From sequence record LC778249.1: DNA of 64,000 nucleotides; one strand, written 5' to 3'. Made by a program: the position numbers and the translations under genes. Positions 6,661-15,884 of this stretch are shown here, piece by piece. Each line of letters begins with the position of its first letter. The first letter of the stretch is position 1. The notes beneath the pieces are model-generated. The model was given only the letters and a program-made list of their open reading frames with translations, was not told the origin of the DNA and ran no database searches.

Positions 6661-7053
6661 ATGCCATCATTTACTGAGTTCAAAGGTAAAGAACAAACTA
6701 AAGCTGTTGGAGAACTCATTTCCAAGCTTCTGAAAAGCGTGGCCTACGTTCATCATCAACACCTAACTACTACCATTTATAGCCGTCACAAAGCTCTTGG
6801 AGAGTATTACGAGGGGCTTCCATCGCTTATCGATAGTTTCGCAGAAAGTTCTATTGCTCGGGGATACGATCAAAGCTTTACTGCCACTCACGCGGAGGTA
6901 GAAGTTGAATTAATGATTGACAACTTCCTACAAGATTGTACTATGGTGCATGAGTACCTAGAGACAAAACGGCATTTCGATCTAGTCAATGCTCTAGAAG
7001 ATATCATGACCTTTATGACTTCAATTAGATATAAATTGAATCTTAAAGGTTGA
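6661..7053 (+). CDS. Ferritin-like four-helix protein (DUF5856-like)
   Basis: HHQHLTT...HKALGEYYEGL..LIDSFAE pattern typical of T4-like phage ferritin-like proteins. Confidence 0.6.
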   Translation: MPSFTEFKGKEQTKAVGELISKLLKSVAYVHHQHLTTTIYSRHKALGEYYEGLPSLIDSFAESSIARGYDQSFTATHAEVEVELMIDNFLQDCTMVHEYLETKRHFDLVNALEDIMTFMTSIRYKLNLKG

Positions 7054-7086
7054 CAATAGCTAAGAGCTGTGTTATCATGGCTCTTA
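7050..7086 (+). promoter_or_regulatory. Early stem-loop promoter
   Basis: TTGACA-N17-TATCAT with TAAGAGC/GCTCTTA inverted repeat around the -10. Confidence 0.75.
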
Positions 7087-7095
7087 TAAATCAAA

Positions 7096-7170
7096 GGCCC
7101 CGTAACATAAGGGTAAATGTGCTCGCCTCATAAGCGAAGAAAAGCGGTTCGAGTCCGCTCGGGGCCACCA
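7096..7170 (+). tRNA. tRNA(CAT), Ile2 (lysidine)-like
   Basis: GGCCCCG/CGGGGCC acceptor resembling bacterial Ile2, CTCATAA loop, CCA. Confidence 0.85.
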
Positions 7171-7189
7171 AATTCGTGAGGAAATTATC

Positions 7190-7969
7190 ATGTTTTATGT
7201 TGTAATTCGTAGTTTCTTTGATGTGGAATACGGCGGCGAATATAAAGAGTTTTATGCCGTTCGCACCAACAAAAAGATCGCTGAATCTGTGGCTGCTCGC
7301 GCCAATGCCGAGTATACAGAAAAAGGATTTAGTGAATCTTACAGTTTTTCGGTTGAAGAACATACCGAAGAAAGTTTTTGCGAACTCGAAGGTGGTGCGA
7401 ACTAATGCATTATATCGATGTCGATAAAGACAGAAAGGTAAAATTGTCTCAATTTCAGAGGCGGTATCTGAAATATCGATTCCACAATGGAGAACAATTG
7501 TGTCGGTATATCAATGAAATGTGGCAACAAGGCAAAGTCGTTTATGTTGCTGGATCACCGTTTAATGCGGTAGAAGATAAAAAGATGTTGATCGGTAGTG
7601 CCAGCGAGTTCGCATTCAACCGCGAATTGGCTCGCCAGAAAGACGATTTCAACTTTCAGATGCATAAAGCTTTGCACGAAGCAAACTGGGAATACGAACA
7701 TGAAACTGATGATTGAAGGCTATAAGACAAAAACAGTTCACTATCGTTGGGAGATAATTGCATTTCTTGCGAGAAAGAATATCGTTGACGAGGATTACAT
7801 TGAAGACGACGCGGACGAGATTCGCGACATCATGAAATCCGGCGCTGATGTTTGTTATGGGCAGTTGTGTCCGTATCACAGTGAGATCAACGAATCTCGC
7901 CGTCTTATCGTTAGCGATAACAAAGACCGTTTGCATGAAATGGTATGTGACGCTGCGGAAGAGATCTAA
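7190..7969 (+). other. Three hypothetical CDS (7190-7405, 7405-7716, 7700-7969)
   Basis: Overlapping stop/start junctions, RBS on first gene. Confidence 0.65.
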
Positions 7970-7980
7970 ATAATAGGTAT

Positions 7981-8065
7981 AGGTGTTATCGGTAAGTCTC
8001 AATTGGAAGAGCTGAACGGCAGAAACCGTTCGGGTTGTGGGTTCGAGTCCCACCCGACTACACCT
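7981..8065 (+). pseudogene. Degenerate tRNA-like element
   Basis: D arm and T arm GTGGG-TTCGAGT-CCCAC intact; 6-nt loop CAGAAA in GAACGG/CCGTTC; broken acceptor; no CCA. Confidence 0.6.
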
Positions 8066-8084
8066 AAATTATTTGGAGATTTGT

Positions 8085-8249
8085 ATGAATTTCAAAGACT
8101 TTACCACGTTGTTTGAATACATCGAGAAACGCGGTGATGAATGGGTGGTCTTGAATCATGCTAAGACTAAAGTTCTTGGTACACACAAGACTAGGAAAGA
8201 AGCGGTAGATCAACTACAGGCTATTGAGATTGCAAAACATAAAGGCTAA
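8085..8249 (+). CDS. Small hypothetical protein, possible head-packaged protein
   Basis: GGAG RBS; MNFKDFTTLFE N-terminus resembles T4 capsid-targeting sequences. Confidence 0.55.
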   Translation: MNFKDFTTLFEYIEKRGDEWVVLNHAKTKVLGTHKTRKEAVDQLQAIEIAKHKG

Positions 8250-8303
8250 GATTAGTCATAAGGGCAGGTTCTTCCGTTGTTTTAACTAACACGGAGAATC
8301 AAA

Positions 8304-8684
8304 ATGTCAAGAACTGTAAGAGTAAAGAATAAAACCGAACGCAAATACCTGATCGGTAACGATTTCTGGAAAGACAATAATAACGTGTTTTATCGGATCG
8401 GAAAGTATGATTATTGGCGTAAGCATTTACGCGAAGAACGTCTAAAGATGGATGTTCGGCAAGAATTCGAGCGCGAAGATAGTCAGATCTCCCGTGGGTA
8501 TAATTGCGAGGTCACAAAAGAAGGGAACTATTCAAATCGTTCTGCTTTGGAGTATGCGAATCTTGGCCGTGCGAAAGTACGCGATCAACTAAAGGCGATA
8601 TGTCTTGAGTCGGCGGAAGATGCTGACATCATGTGCGATAGAAAGTACCGTACGTGTGCATATCGATGGTTCGTATTGTGGTAA
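8304..8684 (+). CDS. Basic hypothetical protein
   Basis: GGAG RBS; followed by terminator 8689-8711. Confidence 0.7.
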   Translation: MSRTVRVKNKTERKYLIGNDFWKDNNNVFYRIGKYDYWRKHLREERLKMDVRQEFEREDSQISRGYNCEVTKEGNYSNRSALEYANLGRAKVRDQLKAICLESAEDADIMCDRKYRTCAYRWFVLW

Positions 8685-8768
8685 AATGATCCCGCTTCGG
8701 CGGGATTTTTTATTTCCAAAAGTGGTTGATCTTTATTTTGATCCTGTTATGATGGCTACATCAACCAA

Positions 8769-9963
8769 GTGAGGTTAATTATGAGACTTAATTTTGCTGT
8801 GAACTCTATCGACGAACTAGAGGACTTTAGCATTGACGAATTGAAAAAATTCGAGTATGTTACTGTTAGCTTCGGGGAAGAAAGCACAGTTTATATCCGT
8901 GACCGCGGTTATGAGCTGCATTATAAAATCACCAAGTATTCCAACTCTGTTGCTTTTAGCTCTGAGTTTGAAACAGTCGTCCGAGTTGGCGACAAACTAA
9001 TCAAAGAGGTTTAATATGTATACAATTCAAGTAGATCACCTGGACAAAACTATTGGCGAGAAGATGGACAATGTAACTTCTATTGTCGCTGGTCAAACTC
9101 GATATGACCGCAATATCGACGCTGAACAATTGTTCCAAAACGTGTTTGGTGTTCGTCCCGCTGTGTTTACCAATAACATGTATCATGACTGTGGCGACAT
9201 CGTGTCCGAGCATGGTACCATGCTGGTATACGTTGGTACACGAATGATCAAGATGAACGGCGGCGACAATATTTTCATGGACGTACAAGGTCAATGATGG
9301 ACCGAAATGAGCTGCATATGATCAATCGTATGCTGGAAGAAAATGAGTTCGACGGTACGGTAGCTTGTCCTGATTGTCGTGGCATGGGTTTTGATGATCA
9401 ATACTGCTGTACCACATGTTGGTCACAAGGCGGCGAGGGTTATCGACATACTCACGATATCGTAGAAGCTCTGGTAAAAGAAATCGAACGTCTTAAACAA
9501 AAATGTGGTGAAAAATGAAAAAAGTTCTTGCATTTGTTGCGCTGATGATGTTTAATAGCAGCGTGTTTGCCAGAGACGGTGTTATCACATGCTGGTATCA
9601 GAACGGTGTTAACTACGTCAAGACACCAAGTGGTGTCACTGTAAACAATCTTCGCGTTCAAGATATTGAGCGGTATAATACTGGCTGGTATTTTGTCCTG
9701 AACGGTGTAAAGCATTATGTTACCGGTGCGGTTTGTTCTATTGCGATAGGTAACTAACAATGACTCAACATGTTATTTCGATCTTTTATCAAGATCAACG
9801 TTCCGATATCTATTATCGGATTCCGGATGAAAATGGTCATACGACATCAGCTAAAAATCTGGTAGTTGATGATCTATCTATAACCCGCGATTTTGTCTCA
9901 TTCAAATACAATGGCAAATCGTGTTATGTTGTTGGTTGTAATCTTATTGCTAAGGAAATTTAA
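8769..9963 (+). other. Array of small early genes (8769/8781-9014, 9016-9297, 9294-9518 with CxxCxGxG zinc motif, 9515-9757 with signal peptide, 9760-9963)
   Basis: Tight packing downstream of promoter ~8726-8765. Confidence 0.65.
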
Positions 9964-9964
9964 G

Positions 9965-10390
9965 ATGAAAAAGTTTATTCAAGGTCTGATGTTCGTATGT
10001 GCTATGCTGACTATCGGTGCAGTTAAAGCCGACACTCTGTATGAAGTCGAGACTTCTGGTCTGGTATTCAAAGATACCCTGAGTGTGGAAGTGTTCACTG
10101 ACCCGGATTATCCGAATGTTACCTGTTATGTGAATCTGCCGTCTCGCTCTCTGAGTTTCGAAGATCAGACAGATGTCGCTATGCAATGCGTGTCTGCACC
10201 ATTCGAATCCGGCGTTGAACTGACTTCCCGTAAGAACATCTTTTCTCAGAAAAAGGGTCTGTTCTTCAAATCTATGGTGATCGACCGCGTATACGACAAA
10301 GAGCACATGAATATGGTCTATGTCAGCTATACCAAGAAAATGGACGGCGATAACGCCAGCTCTGCGATCACTGTTGTTCCGGTGCTGTAA
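9965..10390 (+). CDS. creA: CreA family protein
   Basis: Signal peptide; VEVFTDPDYPNVTCYV, LFFKSMVIDRVYD and SAITVVPV match CreA motifs. Confidence 0.85.
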   Translation: MKKFIQGLMFVCAMLTIGAVKADTLYEVETSGLVFKDTLSVEVFTDPDYPNVTCYVNLPSRSLSFEDQTDVAMQCVSAPFESGVELTSRKNIFSQKKGLFFKSMVIDRVYDKEHMNMVYVSYTKKMDGDNASSAITVVPVL

Positions 10391-10734
10391 TGAAACGGAT
10401 CTCGGTAGTATTAATCTCGCTTCTGTTAATCGGTTGTGATGACGGACCGCCGCTCGCAGTTCGCAAAGTGACTACCGATTCCGTTCGATACGTACCAGAA
10501 GAAAATCGAATCCGGTATCATAGAAATGCTCATGTTTCATTCTTGTATCAAGGCGAAACTCTGTATAGCATAGACGTCGGTAGCTGTAAATTGATTGGTG
10601 ATTACAGCAAAGAAACTGTGACACTAGAGAAGTTGGTTTATAGCAACGGCGTGAAATATCGGCTACCTAAAAATCACTCTAAGTACGTGATGCCTAGCCC
10701 TAAGGCTGAGTTCTTAGCGAAATATTGTTACTGA
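10390..10734 (+). CDS. Putative lipoprotein
   Basis: Hydrophobic N-terminus with lipobox LIGC. Confidence 0.6.
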   Translation: MKRISVVLISLLLIGCDDGPPLAVRKVTTDSVRYVPEENRIRYHRNAHVSFLYQGETLYSIDVGSCKLIGDYSKETVTLEKLVYSNGVKYRLPKNHSKYVMPSPKAEFLAKYCY

Positions 10735-10784
10735 TGTTTACTTGCCACGGAAGGCGAGTTAAAGTAACGAAAAACGAGGGATTA

Positions 10785-11384
10785 ATGGCTAAACTTTTCT
10801 TTACATACGCTTCAATGAATGTTGGCAAGAGTACCCAATTGCTTCAAGTTGCGTATAACTACAACGAACGTGGTCAAAATGTCTTGCTTTATAAGCCAGC
10901 GTTTGATACAAGAACAAAAGACACAATCGGTTCCAGAATTGGGATTCAAAGAGAATGTCGGTGTGTTCACGTTCACGAAAATATGTTTACTTTGGTAGAA
11001 ACTGAGAGTAAACTACAGAAAATTGATTGTGTGCTTGTCGATGAAGTTCAATTTCTGACTGAAAAACAGATCTGGGAATTGTCTGATATCGTTGATAAGC
11101 TCGGAATCCCAGTCATGTGTTATGGTCTCAGAACGGATTTTCTAGGAAATCTATTCCCTGGCTCAAGAGCGTTGTTGGCAATAGCCGATGAAACTCGCCA
11201 GCTCCCTGGCATATGTGACTGCGGACGTAAGACCTGCATGGTCGCTAGAACTGATGATAATGGAAACGTTATTCGTCGTGGTGAACAAATTTGCATTGGC
11301 GCTGAACAACGTTATGTTTCGTTCTGTCGCAAGTGCTGGAAAGAAAAACTGTCCTATAACTGGGATCAATTCAAACAAACCTGA
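10785..11384 (+). CDS. tk: Thymidine kinase
   Basis: YASMNVGKST P-loop, VLVDEVQF, YGLRTDF, Zn-binding CDCG...CRKC. Confidence 0.97.
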   Translation: MAKLFFTYASMNVGKSTQLLQVAYNYNERGQNVLLYKPAFDTRTKDTIGSRIGIQRECRCVHVHENMFTLVETESKLQKIDCVLVDEVQFLTEKQIWELSDIVDKLGIPVMCYGLRTDFLGNLFPGSRALLAIADETRQLPGICDCGRKTCMVARTDDNGNVIRRGEQICIGAEQRYVSFCRKCWKEKLSYNWDQFKQT

Positions 11385-11400
11385 AAGAGGTAATTTCTGA

Positions 11401-12834
11401 ATGTCTGCTTTTATGAACGCAATGGTGCAAGCTCAAGCCCGCACTGCTAACGGTGCTGTTACTAACTACACCACCGGTGATAAGTGTCTGAATCTGTTTT
11501 CTCAGATTGGTTCCTCTCGCGGGAAAGATCTGACTAGCATGTTCCAGGAAGCTTATACCGAATCTCCGGATTGGGCTGTGCGCATTCTGCAATGGGCTCG
11601 CGATATTCGCGGTGGCGCTGGTGAGCGTGAGCAATTCATCCGTCTGCTGAAATTCCTGGCTAATCGCCACGAAGTTGACGCGACCGTTGTTTTGATGAAC
11701 ACTCCGGAAATCGGTCGCTTCAAAGACGTGGTAGCAATGATTGACTCTCCGATTGGCGAGGCTGCTGTTGCGATCATGGTTGACGCTATCGCGATCAAAG
11801 GTAATGGTCTTGCTGCAAAGTGGGCACCTCGTAAGGGCAAAGAAGCTGGTATTCTGGCTAAGGCAATGAGCCTGACTGCCAAAGAGTATCGTCAACTGGT
11901 CGTTGGTCTGTCGAATACCGTTGAACAAAAGATGTGTGCTCGTCAATGGGATGGCATCGACTTCGGTAAGCTGCCGTCTGTTGCTTCTGCTCGTTATCAG
12001 AAAGCATTCCTGAAAAACGCTAACTCTCGTTATGTCGCTTATCTGGAATCTCTGAAAAAGGGTGATGCCAAGATCAACGCTAGTGCGGTATATCCGTACG
12101 ACATGATCAAGTCTCTGCGTAATGGTTCTTCTGTTGCTGCTGACGCACAATGGAAAGCACAACGCGACTGGATGGCTGGTTCTACTGAGAACGTGATCGC
12201 AATGGTCGACGTTTCTGGCTCCATGAGCTGTCCGACCGCTGTTGCTGGTCTGTCTGCTATGGATATCGCGATCTCTCTGGGTCTGTATATCGGCGAACGT
12301 TCCCGTGGTGTGTTCCAGAATGAGATTATTACATTCGATGATAATCCGTGCTTCTACAACATCAAGCAGAAAGGTGACAATCTGAAAGCGATGGTCGAGC
12401 ATCTGAGTCGTGCTCCGTGGGGTGGTTCTACCAACTTCACTGGTGCATTCGATATCATTCTGGATCGCGCTGTTCGCAACCGTGTTCCCCAGTCTGATAT
12501 GCCGACTATGATGGTTGTTCTGTCTGACATGGAATTTAACATGGCTGATGGTGGTTACAGCCGTCGTCGTTACGGTGTTGGTGAACAAACCAACTTCGAA
12601 TCGATCAAAGCGAAGTACCGCAAAGCTGGTTACGAAATGCCCAAGCTGGTGTTCTGGAACCTGTGTCCGCGCCCGACTAATAATCCGGTGACTAAGGATG
12701 ACAACGGTACCGCGCTTGTGTCCGGTTTCAGCCCTTCTATCATGGAGACAATCCTGAGTGCGAAGGACTTCAACCCGCTGCAAATCATGCTCGACAAGAT
12801 CATGAGTGACCGATACGTCGGTATCGACTACTAA
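11401..12834 (+). CDS. DUF2828 + vWA protein (Ro60/TROVE-like architecture)
   Basis: WARDIRGGAGER, LAAKWAPR, helical N-terminal region; MIDAS motif VDVSGSM, GGSTNF, VLSDMEF. Confidence 0.8.
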   Translation: MSAFMNAMVQAQARTANGAVTNYTTGDKCLNLFSQIGSSRGKDLTSMFQEAYTESPDWAVRILQWARDIRGGAGEREQFIRLLKFLANRHEVDATVVLMNTPEIGRFKDVVAMIDSPIGEAAVAIMVDAIAIKGNGLAAKWAPRKGKEAGILAKAMSLTAKEYRQLVVGLSNTVEQKMCARQWDGIDFGKLPSVASARYQKAFLKNANSRYVAYLESLKKGDAKINASAVYPYDMIKSLRNGSSVAADAQWKAQRDWMAGSTENVIAMVDVSGSMSCPTAVAGLSAMDIAISLGLYIGERSRGVFQNEIITFDDNPCFYNIKQKGDNLKAMVEHLSRAPWGGSTNFTGAFDIILDRAVRNRVPQSDMPTMMVVLSDMEFNMADGGYSRRRYGVGEQTNFESIKAKYRKAGYEMPKLVFWNLCPRPTNNPVTKDDNGTALVSGFSPSIMETILSAKDFNPLQIMLDKIMSDRYVGIDY

Positions 12835-12835
12835 G

Positions 12836-12861
12836 AAAAGGCACCTTCGGGTGCCTTTTTT
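12836..12861 (+). terminator. Rho-independent terminator, identical copy 1 of 4
   Basis: AAGGCACC-TTCG-GGTGCCTTTTT also at 16058, 26061 and 32718; each followed within a few nt by TTGACA. Confidence 0.92.
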
Positions 12862-12918
12862 GTTTGACAACTGGTATGAGTCATGTAATAATGCCAATAT
12901 CTAAACAAGGAGAACATT

Positions 12919-14311
12919 ATGTTCATCAAAAAAGAAGACTCCCAACTTATCCTGAATACCGTTGAAGGTCTGAAAAACAACTGGAACGGTATCGTTGACA
13001 AGTTCGAGAATAAAAGCAACAAACGCGCTTTGACTGTCAAGTGGACTTTTGTTAAAGTGGATATCGAAGACATGACCATGGAAGTCAAGTTCGAAACTGG
13101 TTGGAATGATGACTTCGCGGTTTGTTGCATCGACGTTAATATCGATGGTGTTGAAGTAAGCGATATCATCAAAGACATCGAAACCGAGATCGCCAAGCAT
13201 TTGGAACACCACGTAAAACGCGATGCGGAATACGTTGAGCGAATGAATCGCGCCAAAGAAATCGAGAAGAAACAACGGTTTGAGCAATACAAGCAACTGA
13301 AAGCTGAATTCGGAGAATGAAATGAGTTCCATCATTGAATTTATTTTCGCAAATGTGAAAATGTACGGCGAAGCGATGGAGAAAATCCATGGCATTCGAT
13401 TCATCAAAGATGATATCGGATTCGATATGACCAAGAATAACTTCTTGATTCGATTCGAACATGATGGTAAAGATCTGGTGCATCGTATGCATATCGATCT
13501 GTTTCGTAGTCAACAATCAATCGCGTCTCATATCGAGCGCGTAAAAGAAATGGTAGAAGCAAATGCCAACTAATATCAACTTACTCATATACAACATCAA
13601 CGAATTCAAGAAGGCGTTGGTAAACTATGCCGATTCAATCAAGCTGAACGACGATCAAAATTGGGAAGCTGATGATGTAACTATGTCGGACAATGGCGAT
13701 CTGGAATTCAAGCTGCATTCTCGCGCGGGCGAAGGAGATTTCTTCTATACCACGCTGAATATGAAGCTGTTTTCTGATGATCGCGTGATTGAAAATCATC
13801 TTGCGAACTGTCGCGCTCGTATGCAAGGAAAGAACAGTGGCCTTTGATTATTCACTTGAAATTACCAAGTTCAGTCGCGCAATCGATTTGATTGGATTCA
13901 AACTGGTAACTACAGACAAAGACAACTGCCACCAATATGACTATCTAAGTCCAAACGATCATGGTCATATGTTGGAGTTGGGATATGAATTTCATCCTCG
14001 GCAACAAACACAAAATGGTCATTACGTTTACTTAATCGTTAAGGGCAAAGATGCTGACTTGTAAAGAAATGAGGGAAATGTGTGAAGCGGCGTCTAAGCT
14101 GCTTCATCATTGGCAAGACAAACACCCAACGGAAACGTTCGCTGGTTTTGAACTGTGGACAGATCTGGAACAAGGTGATTATCGTTTCGAAATCATCTCG
14201 GATGCTTTCACAATGAAAGCGGCATTTAGCATCACAATCGGTGCTGATGTTCTGAAAGAACCGGAAGACTTGTATCGGGTCGTTGTGGGAGAAATGGACA
14301 AAATTGTTTGA
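12919..14311 (+). other. Array of hypothetical early CDS (12919-13320, 13322-13573, 13563-13847, ~13840-14064, 14051-14311)
   Basis: Packed ORFs after TTGACA promoter at 12864. Confidence 0.65.
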
Positions 14312-14649
14312 GATCTTATATCTGCTGGTGATTGGCCACTTTGTTGCCGATTACACGTTACAACCGGATAGCGTCGCAAGGGGGGAAGCATCCAGTCAAC
14401 TCTCCACTCTATGGAGTGCATTGGATTTACTGGCTCACTGCCCACGCATCTACTCATGCAGTCGTGGTATATGTCGTAACCCAGAGCGTCTGGCTAAGTT
14501 TGGCAGAGCTTATTAGCCACTGGATTATAGATCTGATGAAGTGCAAGAACAAGATCAACTTGTTCGCGGATCAAATGCTGCACATTGTCTGTAAAGTTTT
14601 TATCGTTATCGCGTATTTCTACTTGACAGGTACTCCGATGTCGCTATAA
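14304..14649 (+). pseudogene. DUF3307-like membrane protein split by frameshift in a G6 run
   Basis: GHFVADYTLQ in one frame; GKHP...AHASTHA...HWIIDLMKC...DQMLH in another; junction at G6 14380-14385. Confidence 0.75.
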
Positions 14650-14659
14650 TGGCGACATC
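14623..14659 (+). promoter_or_regulatory. Early stem-loop promoter (PeSL-like)
   Basis: TTGACA-N16-TATAAT with GATGTCGC/GCGACATC inverted repeat flanking the -10. Confidence 0.85.
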
Positions 14660-14678
14660 TAAACGAGAGGAAGTTATC

Positions 14679-15137
14679 ATGAAATCTTTAATCAAGTTTC
14701 TGTTTCCGCAAAGCTATGCTGATATTGTGGAAGAGGGTAAACTGACTGGCGTCAGTGCCGAGTCGAAACGTCGCGACGATCTCGCAAAGAAAGATTCCGA
14801 GTGTCGCCGCAATTACGAACGTCCGCTTGGTGTTCCGATGATCTCAATCGACGGCAATGGCATCGTTCGTGTTGTTGTTAACACTGATTATGTTCATGGT
14901 GTGACACTATCGGTAGACCTCATTTCCGGTAAAGAAATGATAGACTTTACCATGCAACTTCGATATAGTGATGAAATGATCAAAACGATCATGCAGAACG
15001 ATATCAAAGACGTTTATACTCTGATTACCAGAGGTAACGGCAAGATTCTGAAAGACAGTGGCGAAATACAGTCAACTATTTGTAGCCTCATGCTTGCTGT
15101 GAAAAAGTTTAAAGAAAAAGGTTTACAAACTAAGTAA
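14679..15137 (+). CDS. Hypothetical protein
   Basis: GAGG RBS after promoter. Confidence 0.7.
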   Translation: MKSLIKFLFPQSYADIVEEGKLTGVSAESKRRDDLAKKDSECRRNYERPLGVPMISIDGNGIVRVVVNTDYVHGVTLSVDLISGKEMIDFTMQLRYSDEMIKTIMQNDIKDVYTLITRGNGKILKDSGEIQSTICSLMLAVKKFKEKGLQTK

Positions 15138-15154
15138 ACTATGAGAAGATTGTT

Positions 15155-15283
15155 TTGTTGACGCGATTAGCTCAGTGGGAGAGCGCCTCTGATCGCAGAG
15201 AAGTATCGGGACCGGTTCGAATCCGGTATAGTGTGGGCACACCGAGAAACGTCGCTGGTTCGAATCCAGCATCGCGTCAACAA
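15155..15283 (+). ncRNA. Expanded tRNA-like RNA with two T arms
   Basis: 13-bp acceptor-like helix, D arm GCTCAGTGGGAGAGC, T arms ACCGG-TTCGAAT-CCGGT and GCTGG-TTCGAAT-CCAGC; no CCA. Confidence 0.7.
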
Positions 15284-15420
15284 ACAGCATTATGCTGGCG
15301 GTTCGTCTAGTGGTAGGACACTGTAAAATTCATTCTGATAAGAATGTATTCCGCAACAAATACTCGCCTGTTAAGCCTGTAACCTGGGTTCGAATCCCAG
15401 ACCGCCAGCATAGTGTTGTT
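15283..15420 (+). ncRNA. Expanded tRNA-like RNA with inserted TTCCGCAA motif module
   Basis: 20-bp acceptor-like helix, D arm, CATTCT-GATA-AGAATG hairpin then TTCCGCAA, CTGTTAA loop, T arm CTGGG-TTCGAAT-CCCAG. Confidence 0.7.
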
Positions 15421-15428
15421 AAAAATTT

Positions 15429-15549
15429 GGGGAAGTAGCCGAATTGGTATAGGCAATAGTCGAAAAATCGGATTCTGTCAAGAATCTTTACGGCAACTAA
15501 ATCGAAATCAAACTGTCGTATGTGGGTTCGAGTCCCACCTTCCCCTCCA
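15429..15549 (+). ncRNA. Expanded tRNA-like RNA with inserted TACGGCAA motif module, CCA end
   Basis: GGGGAAG/CTTCCCC-T-CCA, D arm, GGATTCT-GTCA-AGAATCT then TACGGCAA, T arm GTGGG-TTCGAGT-CCCAC. Confidence 0.72.
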
Positions 15550-15605
15550 ATCTTGTTAAGTCAAGCTATCGAGAGATAGAGTTAAACCACCTGTAGGAAA
15601 TAAAG

Positions 15606-15884
15606 ATGGAAATTCTTAGCGAAAAGAAACTGCGTAATCTCACTACCGAGCGTCTGAATGCACTGCGTAAAGTAGTTCTGAAATCTCGGGCTGCTGCTGA
15701 ATATCACGCTGAACATGATTCTAGCTCCCAAGCTGACATGGAACGCGCTGCTACTCTGGCTGAGTATTACGATCTGATCAAATCTGTCATGGAAGAACGG
15801 GAACACATCGAGCGCCCGGCGAAAGACAAATCTCGTCCTCGTCGTGATGGTCGAAATGCAAAACGATCATGGGAAGATGATTGA
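15606..15884 (+). CDS. Hypothetical protein
   Basis: AGGA RBS, basic C-terminus. Confidence 0.65.
   Translation: MEILSEKKLRNLTTERLNALRKVVLKSRAAAEYHAEHDSSSQADMERAATLAEYYDLIKSVMEEREHIERPAKDKSRPRRDGRNAKRSWEDD

Noticed and set aside
11371-12897. 508-aa minus-strand ORF (likewise 20460-21437, 24381-25265, 30456-31247, 56612-57952, 58267-59349)
   Set aside because: Antisense shadows of strongly codon-biased + strand genes; no RBS, promoter or motifs.
15459-15468. Canonical bacterial Y-RNA Rsr-binding motif GNCGAAN(0-1)G
   Set aside because: GTCGAA is followed by AAAT rather than G and is absent from the other four elements; a canonical YrlA call is not supported.
15323-15496. Self-splicing or BHB introns in the enlarged tRNAs
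   Set aside because: Inserts are far too short for group I introns, and no bulge-helix-bulge or restorable 7-nt anticodon loop was evident.
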